From Myxococcota bacterium (GTDB taxonomy: Bacteria; Myxococcota_A; UBA9160; UBA4427), in assembly GCA_028823175.1 (NCBI GenBank), contig JAPKBZ010000008.1, positions 1,741-65,740 of the forward strand: DNA of 64,000 nucleotides. Direction: 5' to 3'. Under the pieces are notes generated by a model. The model did not search any database. It was not told where the DNA came from and saw only the letters and a list, made by a program, of their open reading frames with translations. This document shows, one piece after another, positions 56,194 through 64,000 of the stretch. Within the stretch, counting starts at the first letter, position 1. Every line of letters starts with the position of its first letter. The position numbers and the translations under genes were made by a program.

Positions 56194-58281
56194 ATGTCCG
56201 TGACCGATGACGGGAATAGCTCAGACCTGACCGGCGGGAGAGAGAAGCCGCCGGCAGGAGCTGCACCGAAGACCGCCGCTCGCAAAAAATCTGCGGGCCG
56301 GCGCTCGTCGTCCCGTCGTCGACGGGGGCGTTCTAGAGGTGGGAAAGATGCCCCCCGAAAGGCCGAGGCCGAGGCCGGGTCCGAGGTAACCCTCGCTGAG
56401 GGTTCGGGCGAGTCGGCTTCCGAGGATTCGGGGCCCGAGAACGCCGCCAAGCGCCCGTCGCGTCGTGGCGGCGGGCGAGGCAACCGCGGGGGGCAGGGCG
56501 GACGGTCCAGGCGGGGCGGAAATTCGCCGGCCAGGCGCGCGCCGCGTCCGGCGGTCACGCCGCCCTCGGTGGAAGCGGTCGAGATCAAGGAGCCGGAACT
56601 CGTTTCGATCGCCGATGTCGCCCAGGCGATGGATGCCGAGGCCCAGGCTCAATTCGTCAAGGCGGCCGAGCGGCTCGGAATCGAACGCCTTCATCCCGAG
56701 CAGGAGCGGGCCATTCTGCACAGCTTGCAGGGCCGCGACGCGCTGGTGGTCTTGCCCACGGGCTACGGGAAATCCGCGTGTTACCAAATTCCTTCGATGA
56801 TTCTTCCGAAGCCGGTTGTCGTGGTTTCGCCGCTGCTGGCGCTTCTCGAGGATCAGACCCGAAATCTCGATAGACGAGGGGTCCCGGTGGTGCGTGTCGA
56901 CGGCACGATCCGGGGCAAGGCTCGCCGAGAGGCGATGGAGCGCATCGCGGAAGGCGGTCCGCTTCTCGTGATGACAACCCCCGAAACCCTGGCGGGAGAG
57001 GAATTGAGGACGGCCCTCACCGAGACGGGGATCTCGCTCTTTGCCGTCGATGAAGCGCATTGCGCCTCGGAATGGGGGCATGATTTCCGCCCGGCCTATC
57101 TCCGGCTGCACGAGATGCTCGAGCGCTACGGCCGTCCGCCGGTCCTGGCCCTGACGGCGACGGCAACCGCCTCGGTTCGCGAGGATCTGATTCGGATCCT
57201 GGATCTCCAGGACCCTCTTGTTATCGCGGCGTCTCCTCATCGTTCGAATCTTTGTTTCGAGGTGATCGAGTGCGGGAGTACCGCGCGATTGCGAGCACTG
57301 ACCCGGCTGATCCTCCGCCTGCGCCGCCCGGGGATCATTTACTGTTCGACCACCAAGGAAGTGGATGCTGTTCAGGGTGCTCTGAGCGCCATGGGTGTCC
57401 CTGCCCACCGCTACCACGGGGGGATGAAGGGGAGCGAGCGAAAAGCCGAACAAGAACTCTTCATGAAGCGTGGGCGGCGTCTCGTGATGGTGGCGACCAG
57501 CGCTTTTGGGCTGGGAATCGACAAACCCGATATCCGCTACGTGGTTCATTTTCAGACCCCGTCTTCCCTCGAACAATACGTACAGGAGGCAGGTCGGGCT
57601 GGGCGTGACGGTCGCCAGTCTCACTGCATTCTGCTGCACCATTTTGATGATCGAGATATTCATGAATTTCTGCTGAGTCAGAGTCGGGTTCGGCCTCAGC
57701 AACTTTTTCAGCTCGTGAAGGCTCTGGTCGCTTACGTGGAGGAGGGGCGTTTTCCCGATATCATCGATCTCGCCGCCGCGTCGCAATTGGCCCAACGCGT
57801 GGCCTCCGCGGTGGTTGCGGTACTCGAGTCGGCGAGTCTCGTTGAGATCACGACCGAGAAATACGTTCGGCCGTTGATCCACCCCGACGAATTGCTCACG
57901 AAGGCACGCCGGCTGACGGAGCAATTCCAGCGTTTGCGCAAGCTCGATACCGAGCGACTCGATGCCATCGAAGAATACGCGAGTTCGGAAACCTGCCGAG
58001 CCCAGATGCTCCGTGCCTATTTCGGGGTAGAGCCCGGCGAGGAGTGCGGCGCGTGTGATATGTGCCGCCAGGCCGGCGAACGACCGGGCAGCTTTTTTGA
58101 ACCTCTGCGCAAAAAGAAAGCGCGCAAGAAGGCGGGCAAGAAGGCGCGTAAGAAGTCGAGCAAGAAGGCGCGCGGCAAGAAGGGGGCAGCCAAACGAGGC
58201 CGTCGCCGAGGTGCGCGTGGCCGCGGGCGAAACAACAAGGGTGGGCAGGAAGCGAAGCCCGACGACTCGCCCACCGCGTAA
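56194..58281 (+). CDS. recQ: RecQ-family ATP-dependent DNA helicase with RG-rich N-terminal and Lys-rich C-terminal tails
   Basis: Motif I LPTGYGKSACYQIP, motif II VDEAHCASEWGHDFRPAY, helicase C-domain (ATSAFGLGIDKPDIRYVVH), Zn-binding ...CRAQMLRAYFG...CGACDMC. The N-terminal ~145 aa are low-complexity. An alternative internal start is ATG 56629. Confidence 0.85.
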   Translation: MSVTDDGNSSDLTGGREKPPAGAAPKTAARKKSAGRRSSSRRRRGRSRGGKDAPRKAEAEAGSEVTLAEGSGESASEDSGPENAAKRPSRRGGGRGNRGGQGGRSRRGGNSPARRAPRPAVTPPSVEAVEIKEPELVSIADVAQAMDAEAQAQFVKAAERLGIERLHPEQERAILHSLQGRDALVVLPTGYGKSACYQIPSMILPKPVVVVSPLLALLEDQTRNLDRRGVPVVRVDGTIRGKARREAMERIAEGGPLLVMTTPETLAGEELRTALTETGISLFAVDEAHCASEWGHDFRPAYLRLHEMLERYGRPPVLALTATATASVREDLIRILDLQDPLVIAASPHRSNLCFEVIECGSTARLRALTRLILRLRRPGIIYCSTTKEVDAVQGALSAMGVPAHRYHGGMKGSERKAEQELFMKRGRRLVMVATSAFGLGIDKPDIRYVVHFQTPSSLEQYVQEAGRAGRDGRQSHCILLHHFDDRDIHEFLLSQSRVRPQQLFQLVKALVAYVEEGRFPDIIDLAAASQLAQRVASAVVAVLESASLVEITTEKYVRPLIHPDELLTKARRLTEQFQRLRKLDTERLDAIEEYASSETCRAQMLRAYFGVEPGEECGACDMCRQAGERPGSFFEPLRKKKARKKAGKKARKKSSKKARGKKGAAKRGRRRGARGRGRNNKGGQEAKPDDSPTA

Positions 58282-58318
58282 AGATCATTTCCCATCCAAG
58301 TTAGAAAGAGTGGTGTGA

Positions 58319-58720
58319 ATGCTGTCCCTTGATCCCGAATGGGTTATCTCGATTGGTCTCGCTGCGTTCCTGGGGATTGTTTTTCTGCAGTCCGGGCTCG
58401 ACAAGATTCTTGATTTTTCCGGAAATCTCGAGTTCATCAGCCAAATGTTCGCCAACGCGCCCGTGCGTGTTCCCGTTGCGCCGCTGCTGGTCTGCGTAAC
58501 CGTGACCGAGGTGATCGCGGGGGGACTCTCCGCCGCCGGTGCGCTTGGGCTGCTGCTGGGTGCGGGACCTGTCCTCGCGTATTGGGGAGCCGTGTTCTCG
58601 GGGATCTCGTTGCTGATGGTTCTTTTTGGCCAGCGACTCTCCAAGGCCTATGCGGATGCTGCGGTCATCGCCCCTTATTTTCTGGTCACGTGCCTCGCCG
58701 TCTACATGCTCGGCAGTTGA
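58319..58720 (+). CDS. DoxX-like small integral membrane protein
   Basis: 133 aa with four hydrophobic helices. FLQSGLDKILDF resembles the DoxX family. Confidence 0.55.
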   Translation: MLSLDPEWVISIGLAAFLGIVFLQSGLDKILDFSGNLEFISQMFANAPVRVPVAPLLVCVTVTEVIAGGLSAAGALGLLLGAGPVLAYWGAVFSGISLLMVLFGQRLSKAYADAAVIAPYFLVTCLAVYMLGS

Positions 58721-58828
58721 TCCCCGCTTGAAGCCGGCCAGCCGCGGAAGGATGCGCCAGGCGCGTTCGCCTCTTCTTGGCGCTCCCCCTCCTCGACGGG
58801 GTCGGCCCCTGGTCCAAAGAGAAATGTC

Positions 58829-59869
58829 TTGAGCAAACAGCTGCAGGTCAATATTCACGGACCCGGTGACGTCCGCGTGGACAGGGTTGAGGAGCCGACC
58901 CCGGGCCCCCGGGATGCGGTGGTTCGGGTGGCGGCGTGTGGGATCTGCGGCAGCGACCTGGGCTATGTGCGATTGGGCGGCTTGATGGGGCCGACAGGCT
59001 CCCCGATGCCCATCGGCCACGAACTCTCGGGCGTGGTGGAAGCCGTTGGGGACGAAGTAACCGGGATCAAGGTGGGCACTCGGGTCGTGGTCGATCCCCA
59101 GGGCGGCGCGAACCAGATCGGAAATGGCGGCAGTGAGGGAGCTTTCACGCCGCGCCTGCTGGTTCGGAACGCGGCCGTCGGCGAGAGTCTGATCCCGATC
59201 CCTGGAGATCTTTCCTTTGAGATGGCGGCGCTGGCCGAACCCCTCGGCGTCGGCATGCGGGCGGTCAACCAGTCGCGGGCCCGGCCTGGAGAGCGTGCCG
59301 TGGTCTTCGGAGCCGGCCCGATTGGTCTCGCGGCGGTGGCCACCCTCCGCTACCGAGGCGTCGAGGATGTCGTCTCGGTGGATTATTCAGACACGCGTCT
59401 CGCCGTGGCCGAGCGGCTTGGTGCTGGGGCGACGCTCAATCCGTCAAGGGATGATGTCGCCGCCCGGCTTCGGGAGTTGCACGGAACCTCCCCCGTCATG
59501 GGGGCCCCTATGACGGGTAGCGATGTCTATATCGAGGCTTCCGGGGCAGCGCCTGTGCTTCCCCAGATTATCGAGGGGGCCAAGAGGGGCGCCCGGATCA
59601 CCGTAGTCGCTCTCTACCGCGAAGCGATTTCAATCAACTTTCTCTTGGTGATGATGAAGGAATTGGAATTGCGGGGCTCCATCGCCCAGCCCGACGACTG
59701 GAATGACATGCTCACGATGCTGAGCGAGGTCGACCTGTCGCCCATGATCACCCACCGCTTCGACCTGGCGAGTTTTGGCGAAGCCCTCGCGGTCGCTCAG
59801 GACCCCGAAGCCGGGGCCAAGGTGATGGTGGCGTGTGGGGAAGCGAGTTCCACTGCCCCGGTGGTTTAG
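58829..59869 (+). CDS. zinc-dependent medium-chain alcohol/polyol dehydrogenase
   Basis: CGICGSDL, GHELSG, Rossmann GAGPIGLAA. TTG start at 58829 (uncertain). Confidence 0.85.
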   Translation: MSKQLQVNIHGPGDVRVDRVEEPTPGPRDAVVRVAACGICGSDLGYVRLGGLMGPTGSPMPIGHELSGVVEAVGDEVTGIKVGTRVVVDPQGGANQIGNGGSEGAFTPRLLVRNAAVGESLIPIPGDLSFEMAALAEPLGVGMRAVNQSRARPGERAVVFGAGPIGLAAVATLRYRGVEDVVSVDYSDTRLAVAERLGAGATLNPSRDDVAARLRELHGTSPVMGAPMTGSDVYIEASGAAPVLPQIIEGAKRGARITVVALYREAISINFLLVMMKELELRGSIAQPDDWNDMLTMLSEVDLSPMITHRFDLASFGEALAVAQDPEAGAKVMVACGEASSTAPVV

Positions 59870-60954
59870 GCGCCTCGGATCGCTTCGACCAGGCGATCCT
59901 CGAAGGTGTAGTCGAATTCCAGGCTCTGGTCCCGGCCGGTCGACTGCATCCACTCCCAGGTCTGTTCGACGGCACCTCGGAAGGAATATTCTGGCCGCCA
60001 GCCGGTATCCTCCTTCAGTCTCTCAATACTGAAGCAGACGTTTCGATTCCAGTGGTGAATATTCGGGGCTAGCCTCGGCATGATGCGGTTGACCTGGAAG
60101 AGGGATCGGCTCCGTGTCTCCTCCTGGCTTCGCGTGTCGATCTGCGCCTCAATTGCGCCATCGTCAATAGGAAAGTGGCCCGCGTAGATTTTGTCCATCA
60201 GGGCGGGCGGGATCGAGATTCGCTCGAGGCTCTCCGGGTCGATCCCCATTACCTGGGCGAAGGTTTCCACGTAGCCGTTGTCGCTGAAGTAGTCCGCTCC
60301 GGTCATGTTGTAGCGCCGCCCGAATGTCGCGGGCTTCTGCATCATGGCGCGTAGGGCGCGGGCTTCGTCCTCGACGTGACCGACCTGACCGAGGGTCGTC
60401 CCGTCGCCCGGAATCAATACCTTTCGGCCCGCCTTGAGGCGCATGAACATTCGCTGTTCGCGCTCAGGGATGATGTTGTGCGGGCCAAATACCATGGAGA
60501 AGGCGGCGATACTCGCGGGAAAGCTGCGCTCCCGCCAGGCTTCGATGAGGAGATCTTCGCAGAGTAATTTGTTGCCGCCGTAGGCATTTTGGGATTCGCC
60601 GCGTTCCAGGGGGTGGTCTTCGGTGATGGGAAGCAGGGACGAGGCCGCGTAGATGACCGTCGAGCTTGCGAAGATATAGTGCCCGGTATGCCCCTCGAGG
60701 GCCTCGATCATGGTAGAGACGTCTTCGGGCCGGTAGGCACTGATGTCGAAGACACAGTCCCAATCTTTGCCCGCGAGCGTCTTCTTGAGGGCGCTGTGAT
60801 CTGTTCGATCGCAGATCAGTCGCTGGACGCCGCTCGGGAGGCGGGCTTCGGTCTTACCCCGGTTGAGGATCGTGACCGCGTGGCCCGCTCGGGTCAATTC
60901 CCGGACCAAAGCGAGGCCGTTGAACTGGGTGCCACCCATGACCAGAGTGTTCAT
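59866..60954 (-). CDS. NAD-dependent epimerase/dehydratase family protein
   Basis: 362 aa from ATG 60954. Rossmann N-terminus LVMGGTQFNGLALVRELTRAGHAVTILNRG. Its ATG overlaps the upstream SBP stop (ATGA). Confidence 0.8.
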   Translation of the reverse strand: MNTLVMGGTQFNGLALVRELTRAGHAVTILNRGKTEARLPSGVQRLICDRTDHSALKKTLAGKDWDCVFDISAYRPEDVSTMIEALEGHTGHYIFASSTVIYAASSLLPITEDHPLERGESQNAYGGNKLLCEDLLIEAWRERSFPASIAAFSMVFGPHNIIPEREQRMFMRLKAGRKVLIPGDGTTLGQVGHVEDEARALRAMMQKPATFGRRYNMTGADYFSDNGYVETFAQVMGIDPESLERISIPPALMDKIYAGHFPIDDGAIEAQIDTRSQEETRSRSLFQVNRIMPRLAPNIHHWNRNVCFSIERLKEDTGWRPEYSFRGAVEQTWEWMQSTGRDQSLEFDYTFEDRLVEAIRGA

Positions 60955-61844
60955 TGGACAGGCGTGTTGGTCGGAGCGGGTCGGGGTGCCGGGTCGGGCA
61001 TTTCCTCGAGCCAACTCGGATCGTTGAACCAGCGTTGGGTGAGTTGTTCCATCAGCCCCGATCCCTCGAGGTTGAGCATGAAATTTTCGACGAGGTTGAG
61101 GAAGAGGGGGTCATGGGCGGGCAGGGCCGCGCCGATGGGGTCGAAGGTGAAGGGCGTGGATACGGTCACGAGGCCCGCTCGGGGATTGCGAAGCACCGAA
61201 ATTACGCAGATCGGGAGATCGGCCACCATCGCGTCGGCCGTGCCGTCTAGCACCATCTTGACGGCTTGATCGGAATCGGCGGTGGTCGTGAGGCGGGCAC
61301 TGGGCAGACGTTTGCGGATAAAATCCTCGCTTGTCGATCCGGCCAGGGCGGAGAGCCTCAGCCCCATGATGTTGAGATCCTCGCTCTTTTCGGCCTTGGC
61401 CAGAATCTCAGAGCCCGTGAGGATCGCTTTGCCGGTCACGAAATAGGGGGTGGTGAATGCGACTCGGCGGTTGCGCTGAGGGGTGACGGTCATCTGGGAG
61501 AGAACGATGTCGACCCGGCCGGCTTCCAGCGCTCCGAGTAATTCGCCGAAGGGCATCTCCACGAATTCGGCGCGTACCCCAAGGCCTGCGGCCAAGGCGT
61601 TGGCCAGGTCGGGCTCGATGCCGACGATCTCCCCGGTGCGGGTCTTCGCGTTGAAGGGGGGCTGGTCGCCCGACATCCCGACACGCAGGATGCCCGATTG
61701 CTCGATTCGGTTGATGACCGGGGTCGCGGGGTTGTTTGCCTTGGCGTCCGGAGAGGGTGTTGTGTTGGCACACCCCAGGCCGAGGCCGAAGAGAATCAGC
61801 CACAGGAGAACCGGAAGCAGGGATCGAATTCGAATGCGGTGCAT
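60951..61844 (-). CDS. amino-acid-type (family 3) substrate-binding lipoprotein, orphan
   Basis: 297 aa from ATG 61844. Lipobox GLGLGC. LRVGMSGDQPPFN..., GIEPDLANALA, DIVLSQMTVTPQR... family-3 SBP pattern. No permease or ATPase nearby. Confidence 0.8.
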   Translation of the reverse strand: MHRIRIRSLLPVLLWLILFGLGLGCANTTPSPDAKANNPATPVINRIEQSGILRVGMSGDQPPFNAKTRTGEIVGIEPDLANALAAGLGVRAEFVEMPFGELLGALEAGRVDIVLSQMTVTPQRNRRVAFTTPYFVTGKAILTGSEILAKAEKSEDLNIMGLRLSALAGSTSEDFIRKRLPSARLTTTADSDQAVKMVLDGTADAMVADLPICVISVLRNPRAGLVTVSTPFTFDPIGAALPAHDPLFLNLVENFMLNLEGSGLMEQLTQRWFNDPSWLEEMPDPAPRPAPTNTPVQ

Positions 61845-61897
61845 GGATACTCCTCGGACCAAGGGCGGGGCAGGCCGCGAGCCCTTGGCGATTGGGT

Positions 61898-63127
61898 TCA
61901 GCTGCCGAAGCCCTTGCTGATTCGTTCGATGGCTTCGTCGACATTCTCGTGGGAGTTGAAAGCGCTGATGCGAAAAAAGCCCTCGCCTGCCGGTCCGAAC
62001 CCCGAGCCCGGGGTGCCCACGACATGGCTGCGCTGGAGCAATTGGTCGAAAAAATCCCAACTTGAGAGATCGCCCGGGGTCCGCATCCAGATATAGGGGG
62101 CGTGCTCGCCGCCGAAGACGGCAAAGCCCGCGTCGCCCAGCCCTTGGCGGATGCGCCGGGCATTTTCCATGTAGTAGGCCACCTGCTCGCCGGTTTGGGC
62201 GGCGCCCTCGGGCGAGAAAACCGCTGCAGCGGCCTTCTGGATGATATAGGGGACCTCGTTGAATTTCGTCGAATGACGCCGTGACCAGAGAGTGTTGAGA
62301 GAAACGGCCTCGCCCGAGGCGCTGCGGCCCATGACGGTCTTGGGGATCGCCATGTAGGCGCAGCGAGTTCCGGTGAAGCCCGCTCGCTTGGAGAAACTGC
62401 GCATTTCGATGGCGCACTCCGCCGCGCCTTCGATCTCGAAAATCGAGTGCGGCAGGCTGGCGTCCTGGATGAAGGCATCGTAGGCGGCGTCGAAGAGAAT
62501 GGTCGCCTCGTTGCGCCGGGCCCATTCGACCCACTGAGAGAGGTTCTCTCGCGTGGCCACCGCGCCTGTGGGGTTATTCGGCGAACAGAGATAAGCGAGG
62601 TCCACGCGCTCTTCCGGAGGGCCGGGCATGAAGGCATTGGCTTCGGTGGCGGGGAGATAGACGATGCCTTCGTAGTGGCCGCTCGCGGATGCTCCGCCGG
62701 TGCGCCCGGCCATGACGTTGGTGTCGACGTAGACCGGGTAGCTCGGGTCGGTGACGCAGAGAGTGCTTCCGATGTCGAAGATTTCCTGGACATTCCCGCT
62801 GTCTTGCTTGCTGCCATCAGAAACGAAAATCTCATCGAGGGCGATCTCAACGCCGCGGGAGGCGTAGTCGTGCTGGGCGATCGCTTCCTTGAGGAAGGGA
62901 TAGCCGTTTTCGGGCCCGTAGCCGTACGCCGCTTCGCCCGTTTCATCCACGGCGGCGTGGAGGGCCTCAGTGATGGCCGGGGCCAGGGGCAGGGTGACAT
63001 CGCCGATGCCCAACTTGATGACGGCCGCGTCCGGATTTTCCTGTTGGAAGGCGGAGACGCGTCGTCCGATTTCGGGGAAGAGATAGCCGGCTTGAAGTTT
63101 CTGGTAGTGGTCGTTGATGAGAGTCAT
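61898..63127 (-). CDS. dapL: LL-diaminopimelate aminotransferase
   Basis: 409 aa from ATG 63127. N-terminal [21 protein letters not shown]...[12 protein letters not shown] and the PLP region [13 protein letters not shown] are typical of DapL. Confidence 0.85.
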   Translation of the reverse strand: MTLINDHYQKLQAGYLFPEIGRRVSAFQQENPDAAVIKLGIGDVTLPLAPAITEALHAAVDETGEAAYGYGPENGYPFLKEAIAQHDYASRGVEIALDEIFVSDGSKQDSGNVQEIFDIGSTLCVTDPSYPVYVDTNVMAGRTGGASASGHYEGIVYLPATEANAFMPGPPEERVDLAYLCSPNNPTGAVATRENLSQWVEWARRNEATILFDAAYDAFIQDASLPHSIFEIEGAAECAIEMRSFSKRAGFTGTRCAYMAIPKTVMGRSASGEAVSLNTLWSRRHSTKFNEVPYIIQKAAAAVFSPEGAAQTGEQVAYYMENARRIRQGLGDAGFAVFGGEHAPYIWMRTPGDLSSWDFFDQLLQRSHVVGTPGSGFGPAGEGFFRISAFNSHENVDEAIERISKGFGS

Positions 63128-63216
63128 GGGCGAGGAAGCATAGACGCCCCCGGCCTTCCCGCAAAGCCCGGAGGAAGGCCCGAAGCCCCGCCGGCCCGGA
63201 CGGACTGCCCCCGCCC

Positions 63217-64000
63217 TTAGTCGAGGATGACTCCGGGATTCATGATATGGCCGGGGTCCAGTTCCCGCTTGGTCGCCGCGAGGGCACGGCCGAAGAGATC
63301 CGGGCGTTGGGCGTCGTACCAGGGCCGGTGGTCCCGGCCCACGGCGTGGTGGTGGGTGATGGTGCCGCCATGGGCGATGAGGGCGTCGCTGGCCGCCGTC
63401 TTGATTTCGGCCCACTGCTCGAGTTCGCTGCCCCGCTTGCCCGGGGCCATGACGCTGTAGTAGGGGGCAGCGCCATCGGGGTAGGCGTGGGTGAAACGGC
63501 AGTTCACCGTCCCACTGCCGCAGACCCGATCGATCGCGTCCTGGACTGCCCGGGTGACCCCCGCGTGAAATTCCGGGAAATGATCCCAGGTGACAGCGGT
63601 TTCGAAGGTTTCGCAGATCACCGCCATTCGGACCAGAGCGTCGCGAACGTAGGGGGCCTGGAGAAAAGCGTTGCGCCAGGCGCCGGCGGCGCCTTCGCGC
63701 TGGGCGCCCCCCTCGCCCGAAGCGGCGGACTTGTGCTCAAGCCGGACCGCGCTGTCCGGTAAATCGCCCCCGGCGTCCCGGCAGATGTCCACGGCCCGGG
63801 TCATCCAGGCCTCGAGGGCGTGGTCGGCCGATTCGAAGCCGAGCACCAAGACCGATTCCTGGCCGTCCCCAGCTCCGGATTGCAGGGCCTCCCCGGCATC
63901 GAGGAGCCGACAATTCGTGGGGGCCAGTCCGGATTGGGCCAGCGCACGCACGGCCTCGGCGCCGCGCAGGAAACCGTCCTGGCCGCTGAAGCGCGCCGTC
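63217..64000 (-). CDS. FAD-linked oxidase, C-terminal domain (GlcD / alkyl-DHAP-synthase-like), 5'-truncated by window edge
   Basis: Frame is open to the window edge. C-terminal ...[14 protein letters not shown]...[17 protein letters not shown] is typical of FAD_oxidase_C. ...PTNCRLLD... resembles the AGPS-like subgroup (from memory). Confidence 0.7.
   Translation of the reverse strand, partial: TARFSGQDGFLRGAEAVRALAQSGLAPTNCRLLDAGEALQSGAGDGQESVLVLGFESADHALEAWMTRAVDICRDAGGDLPDSAVRLEHKSAASGEGGAQREGAAGAWRNAFLQAPYVRDALVRMAVICETFETAVTWDHFPEFHAGVTRAVQDAIDRVCGSGTVNCRFTHAYPDGAAPYYSVMAPGKRGSELEQWAEIKTAASDALIAHGGTITHHHAVGRDHRPWYDAQRPDLFGRALAATKRELDPGHIMNPGVILD

Noticed and set aside
56221-57924. 567-aa minus-strand ORF
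   Set aside because: Antisense to recQ (clear helicase motifs on the plus strand). Composition typical of shadow frames.

Overview
High-GC (roughly two-thirds G+C by eye) bacterial chromosomal segment. It is very gene-dense: about 55 protein-coding genes, many joined by 1-4 nt start/stop overlaps. Content is mostly housekeeping. Main blocks, in order: (a) ackA / acyl-CoA synthetase / desaturase; (b) a divisome-associated block ftsE-ftsX / M23 coiled-coil activator / Ctp protease; (c) the conserved xseA-xseB-ispA-dxs-tlyA block; (d) cysteine desulfurase and cysC; (e) a TPR / LolB-like lipoprotein / Opp-Dpp type ABC importer operon; (f) carboxylesterase; (g) gloA plus an orphan protein plus an LplA-like protein; (h) a diadenylate cyclase; (i) an RND/MMPL exporter, psd, and acyl-CoA carboxyltransferase; (j) an enoyl-CoA hydratase / GMC oxidoreductase / thioesterase group; (k) a secreted metalloprotease / OMP / SCO1 group; (l) lhr, ettA, recQ and dapL. 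I found no rRNA, tRNA, CRISPR array, transposase/integrase, or recognisable defence or toxin gene. Gene order suggests a deltaproteobacterial/Myxococcota-like or related uncultured lineage, but that is inference only. Because of the GC content, the six-frame track is full of long Arg/Pro/Gly/Ala-rich antisense shadow ORFs and 5'-over-extended ORFs. I rejected or trimmed these. I did not find an unambiguous novel multi-gene system. The most unusual signals are: (1) a ~590-nt non-coding gap upstream of recQ packed with stable hairpins whose G.U pairs indicate a plus-strand structured RNA, plus short direct repeats; (2) an AT-rich 12-mer shared by two promoter-like intergenic patches; (3) a perfect (GTTCCC)6 microsatellite in the leader of the carboxyltransferase gene; (4) a gloA / 344-aa orphan His-Glu-rich helical protein / short LplA-like operon; (5) a translationally coupled OMP-SCO1 pair next to a secreted gluzincin; (6) a CdaA-YbbR fusion; (7) a RecQ with RG-rich and K-rich tails; (8) a lipoprotein with thrombospondin-type-3/dockerin-like Ca-binding repeats.
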